Both the position numbers and the translations under genes were made by a program. From positions 1 to 48,971 of the forward strand of contig CAZHLX010000002.1 of assembly GCA_964533345.1 (NCBI GenBank): 48,971 nucleotides of DNA. The letters are read 5' to 3'. Positions 1-8,435 of this stretch are shown piece by piece; the stretch's first letter is position 1; each line of letters starts with the position of its first letter. The notes under the pieces were generated by a model. That model made no database searches. It had not been told where the DNA came from and was given only the letters and a program-made list of their open reading frames with translations. This DNA is from an uncultured Pseudomonadales bacterium. Lineage in GTDB: Bacteria; Patescibacteriota; Microgenomatia; UBA1400; PJMF01.

Positions 1-378
1 TCCTTTGTAAACAGAAACATAAATCTTTTGCGGATCTAGTTCTACCTCTTCTACTAGAAAAGAGAAAATCCACTCTAGTTGTTCCTTTTTGAAGTAATCT
101 CCAAAAGACCAATTACCCAACATTTCAAAAAAAGTAATATGACGATTGTCTCCAACTTCTTCGATATCTTGAGAGCGGAAACATTTCTGAGAGTCAACTA
201 CTCTAGTTCCTTTGGGATGAGGCTGACCTAAAAAGTAAGGCAATAATGGTTGCATCCCAGAACCAGTAAATAAAGTGGTTGGATCATTTTCTGGGACCAA
301 AGAAGAAGAGGGAACTATTGCATGCTCCTTACTAGCAAAAAAGTCTAAATATGCTTGGCGAAGTTCGTCTGGAGTCAT
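1..378 (-). CDS. alaS: Alanyl-tRNA synthetase, N-terminal fragment (continues beyond the window start)
   Basis: The reverse-strand ATG at 378 opens MTPDELRQAYLDFFASKEHAIVPSSSLVPENDPTTLFTGSGMQPLLPYFLG...FEMLGNWSFGDYFK. This is the conserved class II AlaRS N-terminus. The frame stays open to position 1. Confidence 0.85.
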   Translation of the reverse strand, partial: MTPDELRQAYLDFFASKEHAIVPSSSLVPENDPTTLFTGSGMQPLLPYFLGQPHPKGTRVVDSQKCFRSQDIEEVGDNRHITFFEMLGNWSFGDYFKKEQLEWIFSFLVEEVELDPQKIYVSVYKG

Positions 379-387
379 AGACACGAA

Positions 388-714
388 TTATACACCCTTA
401 AATTGCTTCTGTTTGGTTTTTCGATTGTAAGTTCTTTTCTTCTTAAGAGATTTGGGCTGATCTATCTCAATATCAAGTTTTTTCAACAGCTCATCTTTAG
501 CCGCATGTAAAAACTCACCTAGATTCTCAAAATCAAGATTTTCTTTTAAAACTCCTTCATCGACTAAGTGTTGATGAGCATTCTCCCACTCTGAGGCAAT
601 CTTTTTTCGAGTTTTTTCACCCTGTTTAGTACCAAATAAATAATATCCAACTACACCAGAAAATAAGCCCAATGCAAACCCAGTAGTAAAAGATTGATGA
701 TTATTTTTTTCCAT
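388..714 (-). CDS. YtxH-like small membrane/stress protein
   Basis: 108 aa with an N-terminal hydrophobic helix (FTTGFALGLFSGVVGYYLFGTKQGEKTRKKI) followed by a charged helical tail, as in YtxH-domain proteins. Confidence 0.55.
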   Translation of the reverse strand: MEKNNHQSFTTGFALGLFSGVVGYYLFGTKQGEKTRKKIASEWENAHQHLVDEGVLKENLDFENLGEFLHAAKDELLKKLDIEIDQPKSLKKKRTYNRKTKQKQFKGV

Positions 715-985
715 CTTTTTTGACTTCTTTATCTTTGTTTAACCATCCTACAAAAGCTTCAAAAACCTTCATTCCTGTCCCCAATCCTGAGGCAACTCCA
801 GAAATCTTCTGAAGGGGAGCTACAATAGCTGAAATTTTTTCATCAGCTGTCTGCAAAGCTTCATTAACTTTCTTAAGAGTTTTTTTGAGCTCTAACAAAA
901 CTAAAACCATCTGTACTCCAACTACACTCAAAACAATAGTTAGGGCTACTAAGGCAATGGCAAAAACAGTTGGAACTAATTCCAT
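701..985 (-). CDS. DUF948-like single-pass membrane protein
   Basis: 94 aa with an N-terminal TM helix followed by a coiled helical region (LKKTLKKVNEALQTADEKI). It overlaps the downstream YtxH-like gene by 14 nt, a common pairing. Confidence 0.45.
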   Translation of the reverse strand: MELVPTVFAIALVALTIVLSVVGVQMVLVLLELKKTLKKVNEALQTADEKISAIVAPLQKISGVASGLGTGMKVFEAFVGWLNKDKEVKKDGKK

Positions 986-1033
986 ATTAAGATCCTTTCA
1001 ATAAATATATAGATTTAATATAACAAATCTGAA

Positions 1034-1678
1034 CTAAAACTTCACTCTAACAGAACGTTGTACCAATGAAGATTTACCCTGACGATCTTGGGCCTCTACA
1101 GAGATAGTATTTATCCCCTCGCGAGGCAGATACACTTCGGTCTCAAAACTACCATCTGCCTGTAGAGCAACTGGCTGAGAGTTAACTGTCACAATAGCAT
1201 CAACATCAGTCTGGCCAGTGACACTAACTCGAGCTGCCACTAACGAGTCTTCAGTAGGATTAATTATCTCAAGGCTTGGAGGTTGAGTAAGCTGATACCA
1301 CTGATAACCCACGTAACTAATCAAAGTCATAAAAGTTAATGCTAATCCTAAAACCACAAAGACTGCCGGACCCCAAAACTGACGTTTCTTCAAAACTGGT
1401 TTGATAAACTCTCGAGGTACAAGTTGGCCCTTCACACTTTCCTTAAAATCTCTCCTCAAGAGAGCGATTAGAGGCTGGTGATCAAATCCAAATAGCTGAG
1501 AATAAATTTTGATGTAACCCTTAACAAAAGTAGCCGCAGGCAACTTTTCAAACTGATTGTCTTCTAGAGCTTGGAGATATTTAAGCTTAATTCTAGTTTT
1601 TTGGGACAACTTTTCCAGAGACAACCGATGGCGCTGTCTTTCTTCTTTAAGAATTTCACCAATGCTTTTGGTTTTCAT
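1034..1678 (-). CDS. RodZ-like helix-turn-helix membrane protein
   Basis: N-terminal XRE-type HTH (IGEILKEERQRHRLSLEKLSQKTRIKLKYLQALE), then ...VKGYIK, one TM segment, and a beta-rich extracytoplasmic C-terminus. Confidence 0.6.
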   Translation of the reverse strand: MKTKSIGEILKEERQRHRLSLEKLSQKTRIKLKYLQALEDNQFEKLPAATFVKGYIKIYSQLFGFDHQPLIALLRRDFKESVKGQLVPREFIKPVLKKRQFWGPAVFVVLGLALTFMTLISYVGYQWYQLTQPPSLEIINPTEDSLVAARVSVTGQTDVDAIVTVNSQPVALQADGSFETEVYLPREGINTISVEAQDRQGKSSLVQRSVRVKF

Positions 1679-1682
1679 AACT

Positions 1683-2132
1683 CTAAGCTGATAATGCTTG
1701 ACGAACTAGTTCTGAAACTTTGCTACCATCAGCTTTTCCTTGAACTTTAGCCATTACCTGACCAATAGCTGGACCCATCTGAGGATTTTCAAGACCACTC
1801 AAAACTTCTTTAATCACCTGGTTAAGCTCTTCATCAGACATTTGTTCTGGCAAATAACTCTCTAAAACTTTAAGTTTACCTTCTTCCTCAGCCACCAAAT
1901 CATCACGACCAGCTTTCTGATACTCTTCAATTGATTCTTTGACTTGTTTAACTTGCTTAGCCACGATTTTTTCTACTCCAAGATCATCTTGTTCTCCATT
2001 ATCAATCTCAAAATTTTTAATTTGTGATCTTAAAAAACGAACTGTATCTAGCTTGACTTTATCACCACTCTTCATAGCTTGTTTCATATCATCAATTAGT
2101 TGCTGACTTAAAGACATATTTCCTTTCACCAA
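1683..2132 (-). CDS. GatB/YqeY domain protein
   Basis: LSQQLIDDMKQAMKSGDKVKLDTVRFLRSQIKNFEID...YLPEQMSDEEL is typical of the YqeY family. The true start may be the internal MSLSQQ. Confidence 0.8.
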   Translation of the reverse strand: MVKGNMSLSQQLIDDMKQAMKSGDKVKLDTVRFLRSQIKNFEIDNGEQDDLGVEKIVAKQVKQVKESIEEYQKAGRDDLVAEEEGKLKVLESYLPEQMSDEELNQVIKEVLSGLENPQMGPAIGQVMAKVQGKADGSKVSELVRQALSA

Positions 2133-2169
2133 AATATTTACTGAAGTGCCTCGATTGTAACATGGAGAA

Positions 2170-2178
2170 TGGTATACT
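2170..2178 (+). promoter_or_regulatory. Putative extended -10 promoter (TGGTATACT) for the LemA-TPM-prmC block
   Basis: TGn+TATACT lies 34 nt upstream of the ATG at 2212. An AAGGAA Shine-Dalgarno sits between them. Confidence 0.3.
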
Positions 2179-2211
2179 GATGACTAAAGTAGCAATTTAT
2201 TTAAGGAAAAA

Positions 2212-2778
2212 ATGAAGAAAAACTTACTTGGGTTGGGAGTTGGTGTCCTCATTCTAGTCATGTGGTTAGCTGGGACCTACAACGGCCTAGTTGGTCTTGG
2301 ACAACAAGTTGATAGTCAGTGGGCTCAAGTTGAAACTCAATATCAACGCCGATATGACTTAGTACCAAACTTAGTTGAATCTACCAAGGGTATTCTAACT
2401 CAAGAACAAGAAGTTTTCTCTCAAATTGCTGAGGCTAGACAAGGCTACGCTGGTGCTGGAAACACCAGTCAGAAAGTAGAAGCAGCCAGTCAAATGGAAT
2501 CAGCCTTGAGCAGACTGTTAGTTATTGTTGAGAACTACCCAGAATTGAAATCTAATGAGACTGTTCAAGATCTGATGGTAGAGCTGGCCGGAACTGAAAA
2601 TAGAGTCAGTGTTGAAAGAAAACGCTATAACGATTCTGTTCGTGGCTATAATACTAAGGTTAAAACTTTCCCCACCATGCTAGTAGCAAATATGTTTGGC
2701 TATAATGAAAAACCATATTTTGAAGCTATCGAAGCTGCTGAGTCTGCACCAGAAGTAAATTTAGATCTTAATGATTAA
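2212..2778 (+). CDS. lemA: LemA family membrane protein
   Basis: N-terminal TM helix, then YNGLV...QWAQVETQYQRRYDLVPNLVE...ENYPELK...ELAGTENRVSVERKRYN, the LemA signature. Confidence 0.85.
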   Translation: MKKNLLGLGVGVLILVMWLAGTYNGLVGLGQQVDSQWAQVETQYQRRYDLVPNLVESTKGILTQEQEVFSQIAEARQGYAGAGNTSQKVEAASQMESALSRLLVIVENYPELKSNETVQDLMVELAGTENRVSVERKRYNDSVRGYNTKVKTFPTMLVANMFGYNEKPYFEAIEAAESAPEVNLDLND

Positions 2779-3682
2779 AAAACTACTTTTAAGTTTTCTA
2801 TTCTTATTAATCAGTGGTTTGATCTTGGTATCACCAACAAGAGCTTATGATGTTCCATCATATGATGGTTTCGTGAATGACTATGCAGAGATACTTTCCC
2901 CAAAAATAGAGGATCAACTAGAAACTGAGCTCCAAACTACAGCTGAGGCTTCCGATGGAGCTGAGATTGCTGTTACTACCATCACTAGTTTAGATGGAGA
3001 CAGTGTGGAGAATGTTGCTCAAGAGTTTTTTGACACCTGGAAAATAGGAAAAAAACACTTGGATAATGGAGTTCTATTATTGATAGCAGTCGAAGATAGA
3101 CAGCTAAGAATTCACACTGGTTATGGAGCTGAGAGTGTAATTACTGATGCTGAGGCAGGTAGAATTATCAGGAATGTCATCACTCCAGAGTTTAAAAATG
3201 GTGATTATGAATCTGGAATCGTACAAGGAGTTGCTGCTATTACACAACAGTTTACCGAAAGCCCCGGGTTTGCCCCTGGAATAGACCCCATAAACAAAGA
3301 CTCCGGCCTATTAGAAAGCTTTGCTGAAATGTTCTTTGGGATTCTAGGAATTGTAACTATAGTGATGGTGGTAATTTATACACTCTCTTGGTTTGGCCGC
3401 AGTAAAGCTTGGTGGCCAGGAGGGTTAGTTGGTTTGATTTTTGGTCTTATTATGAATGGTGTCGTGACAGCCGTCTTTTTTGGAATCTTCGGGCTGATCA
3501 TGGACTACATCCTTTCTAAAAATTACAAACAACTCAAAAAAGCAAAAAAATCGACAAGTTGGAAAAATACCTGGGGTGGATTTAAAACAACTTCTTCTGG
3601 GAGATCTTCAGGCTCTTTTAGCTCTGGAGGTGGATTCAGTGGTGGCTCAAGCGGTGGTGGTGGCGCCAGCGGTGGCTGGTAA
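2771..3682 (+). CDS. TPM-domain (YgcG-like) membrane protein with a Gly/Ser-rich tail
   Basis: Signal/TM segment, then VNDYAEILSP...IAVTTITSLDG...GVLLLIAVEDRQLRIHTGYG (TPM phosphatase-like domain), TM helices and a GGFSGGSSGGGGASGGW tail. It overlaps the lemA stop by 8 nt, the classic LemA-TPM pair. Confidence 0.75.
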   Translation: MIKKLLLSFLFLLISGLILVSPTRAYDVPSYDGFVNDYAEILSPKIEDQLETELQTTAEASDGAEIAVTTITSLDGDSVENVAQEFFDTWKIGKKHLDNGVLLLIAVEDRQLRIHTGYGAESVITDAEAGRIIRNVITPEFKNGDYESGIVQGVAAITQQFTESPGFAPGIDPINKDSGLLESFAEMFFGILGIVTIVMVVIYTLSWFGRSKAWWPGGLVGLIFGLIMNGVVTAVFFGIFGLIMDYILSKNYKQLKKAKKSTSWKNTWGGFKTTSSGRSSGSFSSGGGFSGGSSGGGGASGGW

Positions 3683-3684
3683 CT

Positions 3685-4437
3685 ATGAAAAAAAGACAAC
3701 TCTCCCCATATGAAAAAACCCATCTACAAAGATTCGGAAAAAGCGATATCAATATTGATGATTATGGAGAAATGCCAGTTGAACAAATAACTGGTAAAGT
3801 TGAGTTTGGTGAGTATGTTTTTGAAGTTACAGCTGATGTCCTGATCCCTAGAATTGAGTCAGAAGAGTTAATTAGCTTAGCAATAGACCAAGTTAGAAAG
3901 CTAAATAAAAAAAAGGTGTCCATAGCTGACATTGGTTGTGGTAGTGGAGCTATTGGAATCAGCATTTTTCTGGCATTACAAAACAAAGATATCTCCACAG
4001 AGATGTATCTCAGTGATGTCTCTCCTAAGGCGTTGTCTGTAGCAGAACACAATTCAATTAAATTAATTAAAAATCAAAAAATAAAATTGATTGAGTCAGA
4101 TCTATTATCGAGCTATCCGACTGATACAAAATTTGATCTGATTATTGCTAATCTTCCCTATATACCTTCACCTAGAATCCAAGTACTAGATGCATCAGTG
4201 ACTGACTATGAGCCCCATCTAGCTTTAGATGGTGGGGTTGATGGCTTAACTTTAATTAAGAGACTAATTGAACAGGCCAAAATAAAACTTAAACCCAAGG
4301 GATCAGTCTTACTAGAGGTTGACTATACGCACGATGAAAACTTTCTGAAAAAAAACTTAAGTTTAGAAGGACTATCTATTGAAGTCAGGCAGGACCAATT
4401 TCACCGAACTCGATTTGTCATTTTATCCAAAAAATAA
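3685..4437 (+). CDS. prmC: Release-factor glutamine N5-methyltransferase-like (PrmC/HemK family) with a variant NLPY motif
   Basis: VLIPRIESEELI, the SAM motif DIGCGSGAIGI, the catalytic-position IIANLPYIPS, and EPHLALDGGVDGL. Confidence 0.65.
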   Translation: MKKRQLSPYEKTHLQRFGKSDINIDDYGEMPVEQITGKVEFGEYVFEVTADVLIPRIESEELISLAIDQVRKLNKKKVSIADIGCGSGAIGISIFLALQNKDISTEMYLSDVSPKALSVAEHNSIKLIKNQKIKLIESDLLSSYPTDTKFDLIIANLPYIPSPRIQVLDASVTDYEPHLALDGGVDGLTLIKRLIEQAKIKLKPKGSVLLEVDYTHDENFLKKNLSLEGLSIEVRQDQFHRTRFVILSKK

Positions 4438-5393
4438 ACCAACATCTCTTTTGTCTCTACATTAGTAGTTAGTTTATTAATCTGGGATTGAACTTTATTA
4501 GTTAACTCATCAAGATCTTTCTTGACCAACTCTCTAACTTGATATTTCTCTATTAATTTTAAGATGTTATCTACTTTATCTCCCTCTGCTTTAACTCCAG
4601 CTTTTTGTAGAAGATAATAATAATATAAAGTTTTTTTACCTTCTCTTATATCAGCTCCAATAGGTTTACCTGTTTTATTTTGATCACCAAATAAACCAAT
4701 CTCATCATCTTTAATCTGAAAGATTAAACCAATGTTCTTTCCTAGCTCATCTAATTGAGATACTACCTGTTCATTTCTATTGGCTAGAATCGCCCCAGCT
4801 ATAAGTGGTAAACAAATTGTGTAACCAGCCGTTTTATCTAGATACATTTGTAAGATGTTATCCCTATCAATCTCCTCTCCATTCATAAGAGCTAACTCCA
4901 CATCATGCATCTCTCCTAAGGCTGTGATACTAAGTTGATGAGAAAAAACAGGTACTAACTTCATCGTAAGCAACTCATAAACTAAGAAAAAAACCACATC
5001 TCCTACACAGATAGCGATACTTTCTCCAAATTTCTCAGGATTTTGATATTCTCTATCCTTTGCTAATCCTTGATGTTGAGCGTGAAATGTTTCTTGTCCT
5101 CTCCTTAAGTTATCTTGGTCGATCACATCATCATGAATTAAAAATCCTGTTCCAGCTAATTCAATAGCGACAGCAGCTTTTAGAACTTCTTCTGAGTACT
5201 TCTTTCCACTAAGCCTTTCATAAGTATTAATCAACAAGCTTCCACGAATCATTTTTCCACTCACAACAAGCTGAGATAATTTTTCAAAAACTACTGAAGA
5301 GTAAACCGAGTTTTGATGAGCCTTTTGTTTTTTATTTAAAAAACTAATTAGAAACTCACTTATCTCAGTTTTATAAGAAATAAAGTTATCCAT
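4401..5393 (-). CDS. Polyprenyl (geranylgeranyl/farnesyl) diphosphate synthase
   Basis: Contains the first (FLIHDDVIDQD) and second (IKDDEIG) aspartate-rich motifs of trans-isoprenyl diphosphate synthases. Confidence 0.85.
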   Translation of the reverse strand: MDNFISYKTEISEFLISFLNKKQKAHQNSVYSSVVFEKLSQLVVSGKMIRGSLLINTYERLSGKKYSEEVLKAAVAIELAGTGFLIHDDVIDQDNLRRGQETFHAQHQGLAKDREYQNPEKFGESIAICVGDVVFFLVYELLTMKLVPVFSHQLSITALGEMHDVELALMNGEEIDRDNILQMYLDKTAGYTICLPLIAGAILANRNEQVVSQLDELGKNIGLIFQIKDDEIGLFGDQNKTGKPIGADIREGKKTLYYYYLLQKAGVKAEGDKVDNILKLIEKYQVRELVKKDLDELTNKVQSQINKLTTNVETKEMLVYFLDKMTNRVR

Positions 5394-5449
5394 AAGCTAT
5401 ATTCTACACCCCCTGACTTATTAAATAAAAATAGTTACAATACATCGAT

Positions 5450-6664
5450 ATGAACGATTACCAACCATCCAAAAAGATTTTACAAAGATATGCTGATGTT
5501 TTAATTAACTGTGCTCTTAACTCTGGAGAAGGAATTAAAAAAGGTGAAGTGGTTAGGCTGATGGTGCCAGATATCGCCAAGCCTTTGGCAAGAGAGCTGC
5601 AAAATACGGTCTTAAGGGCAGGGGGTCATCCGATGCTCCAACTTATTCCAACTGAGTTTGATAAAGATTTCTTTACTCTAGCAAATGATGAGCAGCTAAC
5701 ATTCTTCCCTCAACCATACCTCAAAGAGAGAGTGAAACTGATTGATCATCAGGTTTATATTATTGCTGATCCCAATCCTTTTGAGCTCAAGGATATTGAT
5801 CCACAGAAATTCATCAAATCTAGAGATGCAAAAAAGTCTTACCGAGATTGGCTCGATGCTAAAGAGAGTAAAAAACAATTTACTTGGACAATTGGACTAT
5901 GGGGAGTACCAGCAAAAGCTGAAATAGTTGGTTTATCGCTCGAACAATACTGGCAACAGATTATTAAAGCTTGTTTCTTAGATCAAGAAAACCCGATCAA
6001 AGAGTGGCAACACATTTTTGAGATGCAAAGATCAATTAAAGAATCACTTAATCAGATGAGCATTGAGTGGTTAGATATTAAGGGACCGGATATTGACCTA
6101 AAAGTTAAGCTAGGAGCAGACAGAATTTGGAATGGTGGAAGTGGTCGTAATATTCCCAGTTTTGAGTTCTTTACTTCTCCAGATTGGAGAGGGACAGAAG
6201 GTTGGGTGAAATTCAACCAACCTCTCTATCGTTATGGAAATGTGATTGAAGATATTTATCTAGAATTTAAGGATGGATTAGTAAGCAAGGCTAAAGCTAA
6301 AAAAGGCAATAAGTTCCTTCAAGAAATGCTTAAAAGCCCTAATGCTGACAAAATTGGGGAGTATTCATTGACTGATAAAAGAATGTCTCGTATCACTCAT
6401 GTCATGGCTGAGACTCTCTATGATGAGAATATTGGTGGTCCTTATGGAAATACTCATTTAGCTGTTGGTAAAGCTTACAAAGATTGTTTCCGAGGGGATC
6501 CCGACAGTGTCAACAAAAAAGAATGGGAAGAGATGGGCTTCAATGACTCAGCTGAACATACAGATATTGTTTCTACCACTGATAGAACTGTGACTGCAAC
6601 CATGACAGATGGCAGTCAGAAAATAATCTATGAAAAAGGTAAATTCACTTTCTATAAGGATTAA
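5450..6664 (+). CDS. Aminopeptidase, M29 (AmpS/PepS-like) family
   Basis: 404 aa. It begins YADVLINCALNSGEGIKKGEVV and ends in ...ENIGGPYGNTHLAVGKAY...HTDIV, as in thermophilic-metalloprotease M29 aminopeptidases. Confidence 0.75.
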   Translation: MNDYQPSKKILQRYADVLINCALNSGEGIKKGEVVRLMVPDIAKPLARELQNTVLRAGGHPMLQLIPTEFDKDFFTLANDEQLTFFPQPYLKERVKLIDHQVYIIADPNPFELKDIDPQKFIKSRDAKKSYRDWLDAKESKKQFTWTIGLWGVPAKAEIVGLSLEQYWQQIIKACFLDQENPIKEWQHIFEMQRSIKESLNQMSIEWLDIKGPDIDLKVKLGADRIWNGGSGRNIPSFEFFTSPDWRGTEGWVKFNQPLYRYGNVIEDIYLEFKDGLVSKAKAKKGNKFLQEMLKSPNADKIGEYSLTDKRMSRITHVMAETLYDENIGGPYGNTHLAVGKAYKDCFRGDPDSVNKKEWEEMGFNDSAEHTDIVSTTDRTVTATMTDGSQKIIYEKGKFTFYKD

Positions 6665-7441
6665 ATGATTATCAAGTCTTCTTCAGAACTCCAAACATAT
6701 AAACAAGCTACTAAGATCTCTACTCAGATCTTAAGAGAGCTTTATCAAGCTATTAAACCAGGCATTCTTCCGATTGAAATTGATCAGTTGGCTGGAAAGC
6801 TATGTAAGGAAAATGGTGTTCAGCCTTCATTTAAAGGCGTCGTAAATGGGAATCTAATTTATAAACATAACAGTTGCATCTCCGTTAATGATGAAATTCT
6901 ACATGGAATACCAAACGCTCAAAGAAAAATCCAAGAAGGTGATTTGGTTAAAGTTGATTTTGGAATTATCCACCAAGGATTATTCACAGACCATTGTTTT
7001 ACTGTAGGTGTAGGAGAAATATCAGAACAAGAGAAACAACTCTTAAAAATAGGTCGTGAAGCAGTTCTAAATGCTGTGAAGTTAGCTAAGCCTGGCAATT
7101 ACACCGGTGATCTGGGTCATGCTATGCATACTGCTGCTTTCAGAGCCGGTTTTGATACTCTCAAACAATATATTGGGCATGGGATTGGAAGAAGCCTCCA
7201 TGAATATCCAGAGATCCCTGCCTATGGCCAAGCTGGGTCTGGTTCAGAGCTAAGGAAAAACATGATTGTCTGTATTGAGTGTCAAGTTGTACCAGGTAGT
7301 GATCAAGTTTATATTGAAGACAATGGCTGGACTGTTAAAACTACAGATGGCAACAAGGGAGTTATGTTTGAGTACATGGTCAGAGTCGACAAAAAACCTG
7401 AAATTTTAACCACAACTCAAGATTGGTCTTTGATAGTTTAA
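6665..7441 (+). CDS. map: Methionine aminopeptidase type I
   Basis: CISVNDEILHGIP, VKVDFG, GHGIGRSLHEYPEIP, IECQV and WTVKTTDG provide the MetAP-I metal ligand pattern. Confidence 0.9.
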   Translation: MIIKSSSELQTYKQATKISTQILRELYQAIKPGILPIEIDQLAGKLCKENGVQPSFKGVVNGNLIYKHNSCISVNDEILHGIPNAQRKIQEGDLVKVDFGIIHQGLFTDHCFTVGVGEISEQEKQLLKIGREAVLNAVKLAKPGNYTGDLGHAMHTAAFRAGFDTLKQYIGHGIGRSLHEYPEIPAYGQAGSGSELRKNMIVCIECQVVPGSDQVYIEDNGWTVKTTDGNKGVMFEYMVRVDKKPEILTTTQDWSLIV

Positions 7442-8364
7442 CGCCTGAATACTTCCAAAAATTTTTCCCAAAAACTTTTTTTAGGTGATATCTGAGCTTG
7501 ATCAAGATTTAAATTAAGTAATAGGATCGCAGAAATGATTACCAAAGAACCAATTAACTCATTAAGAGTTGGAACCTCTCTGAAAAATAAATAAGCGAAG
7601 ATCCCTGCAAAAAATAACTCTGAAGAAATAATGATTGTTCCTAGATTTAAATCAAAGTTCTTAAAACCAACTAGAGTCAAAAACTGGACAGCTACCAGCA
7701 TTAACCCAAACCAAGAACCTACTACCCAGGATCCAGTTGACATTGCCGGTAAAGAAAATCCCCCCACAAGCAATGCTAAGAGTGGGACAGTTACCACCAA
7801 TCCCAACATCCGCAAACTAGTTAGGACAAATTTATCCACTTTTCCAGATAGAAACTTAGCAGAACTCTGCACCACACTATCAGCTACCCCATTAAGTAAA
7901 GCCCAAAGCAAACCAATATTTATTGTTGCTAGAGAGAGTGGGTAACTGTAAATCAGTAATCCTATAAAAGATAATCCTAAAACTATTTTTTTAATACGAG
8001 TAATTTTTTCTTTAAAGAAGAAGTAACCGATTAATAATGAGGTAATCAAGGAAGCTGTGTATAAGCCAAAAATAGTGGTAGTTATTTTTGTTAAGAGTAT
8101 GGAATAAACAAAACTTACAATTGTAATTGGAAGAGATAAAATATAGATGGCTAGAGCAAGTTTAGAAACTTTTTTGAAGACAAATCTTTCCTTCAAAAGA
8201 AATGAAGCTAGCGCTGCAAACCCAAATCCAGTCGCTCCCCTTAAGAACACTTGTTGATAAACATCTAACCCCTGATTATTGAGGTATCTTACATAAACTC
8301 CAAAACTAGCAAAAATAACTGCTGTTAATAATAAAGATAAAAATCCTTTGACCTGAGGTTTCAT
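7438..8364 (-). CDS. EamA/DMT-family transporter
   Basis: 308 aa with about 10 predicted TM helices in a duplicated 5+5 arrangement. It is convergent with map, overlapping by 4 nt. Confidence 0.65.
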   Translation of the reverse strand: MKPQVKGFLSLLLTAVIFASFGVYVRYLNNQGLDVYQQVFLRGATGFGFAALASFLLKERFVFKKVSKLALAIYILSLPITIVSFVYSILLTKITTTIFGLYTASLITSLLIGYFFFKEKITRIKKIVLGLSFIGLLIYSYPLSLATINIGLLWALLNGVADSVVQSSAKFLSGKVDKFVLTSLRMLGLVVTVPLLALLVGGFSLPAMSTGSWVVGSWFGLMLVAVQFLTLVGFKNFDLNLGTIIISSELFFAGIFAYLFFREVPTLNELIGSLVIISAILLLNLNLDQAQISPKKSFWEKFLEVFRR

Positions 8365-8435
8365 AACTTCTCTATTCTATCCTATTTATTAAATTTAAAA
8401 ACATCCTCCTGACAAATTAATTATTCTCTAGTACC

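Noticed and set aside
3523-3723. A 66-aa antisense ORF rich in Pro (PPLAPPPPLEPPLNPPPEL)
   Set aside because: It is the reverse complement of the Gly/Ser-rich tail of the TPM protein, since GGN codons read as NCC (Pro) on the opposite strand. It is an artefact of low-complexity coding sequence.
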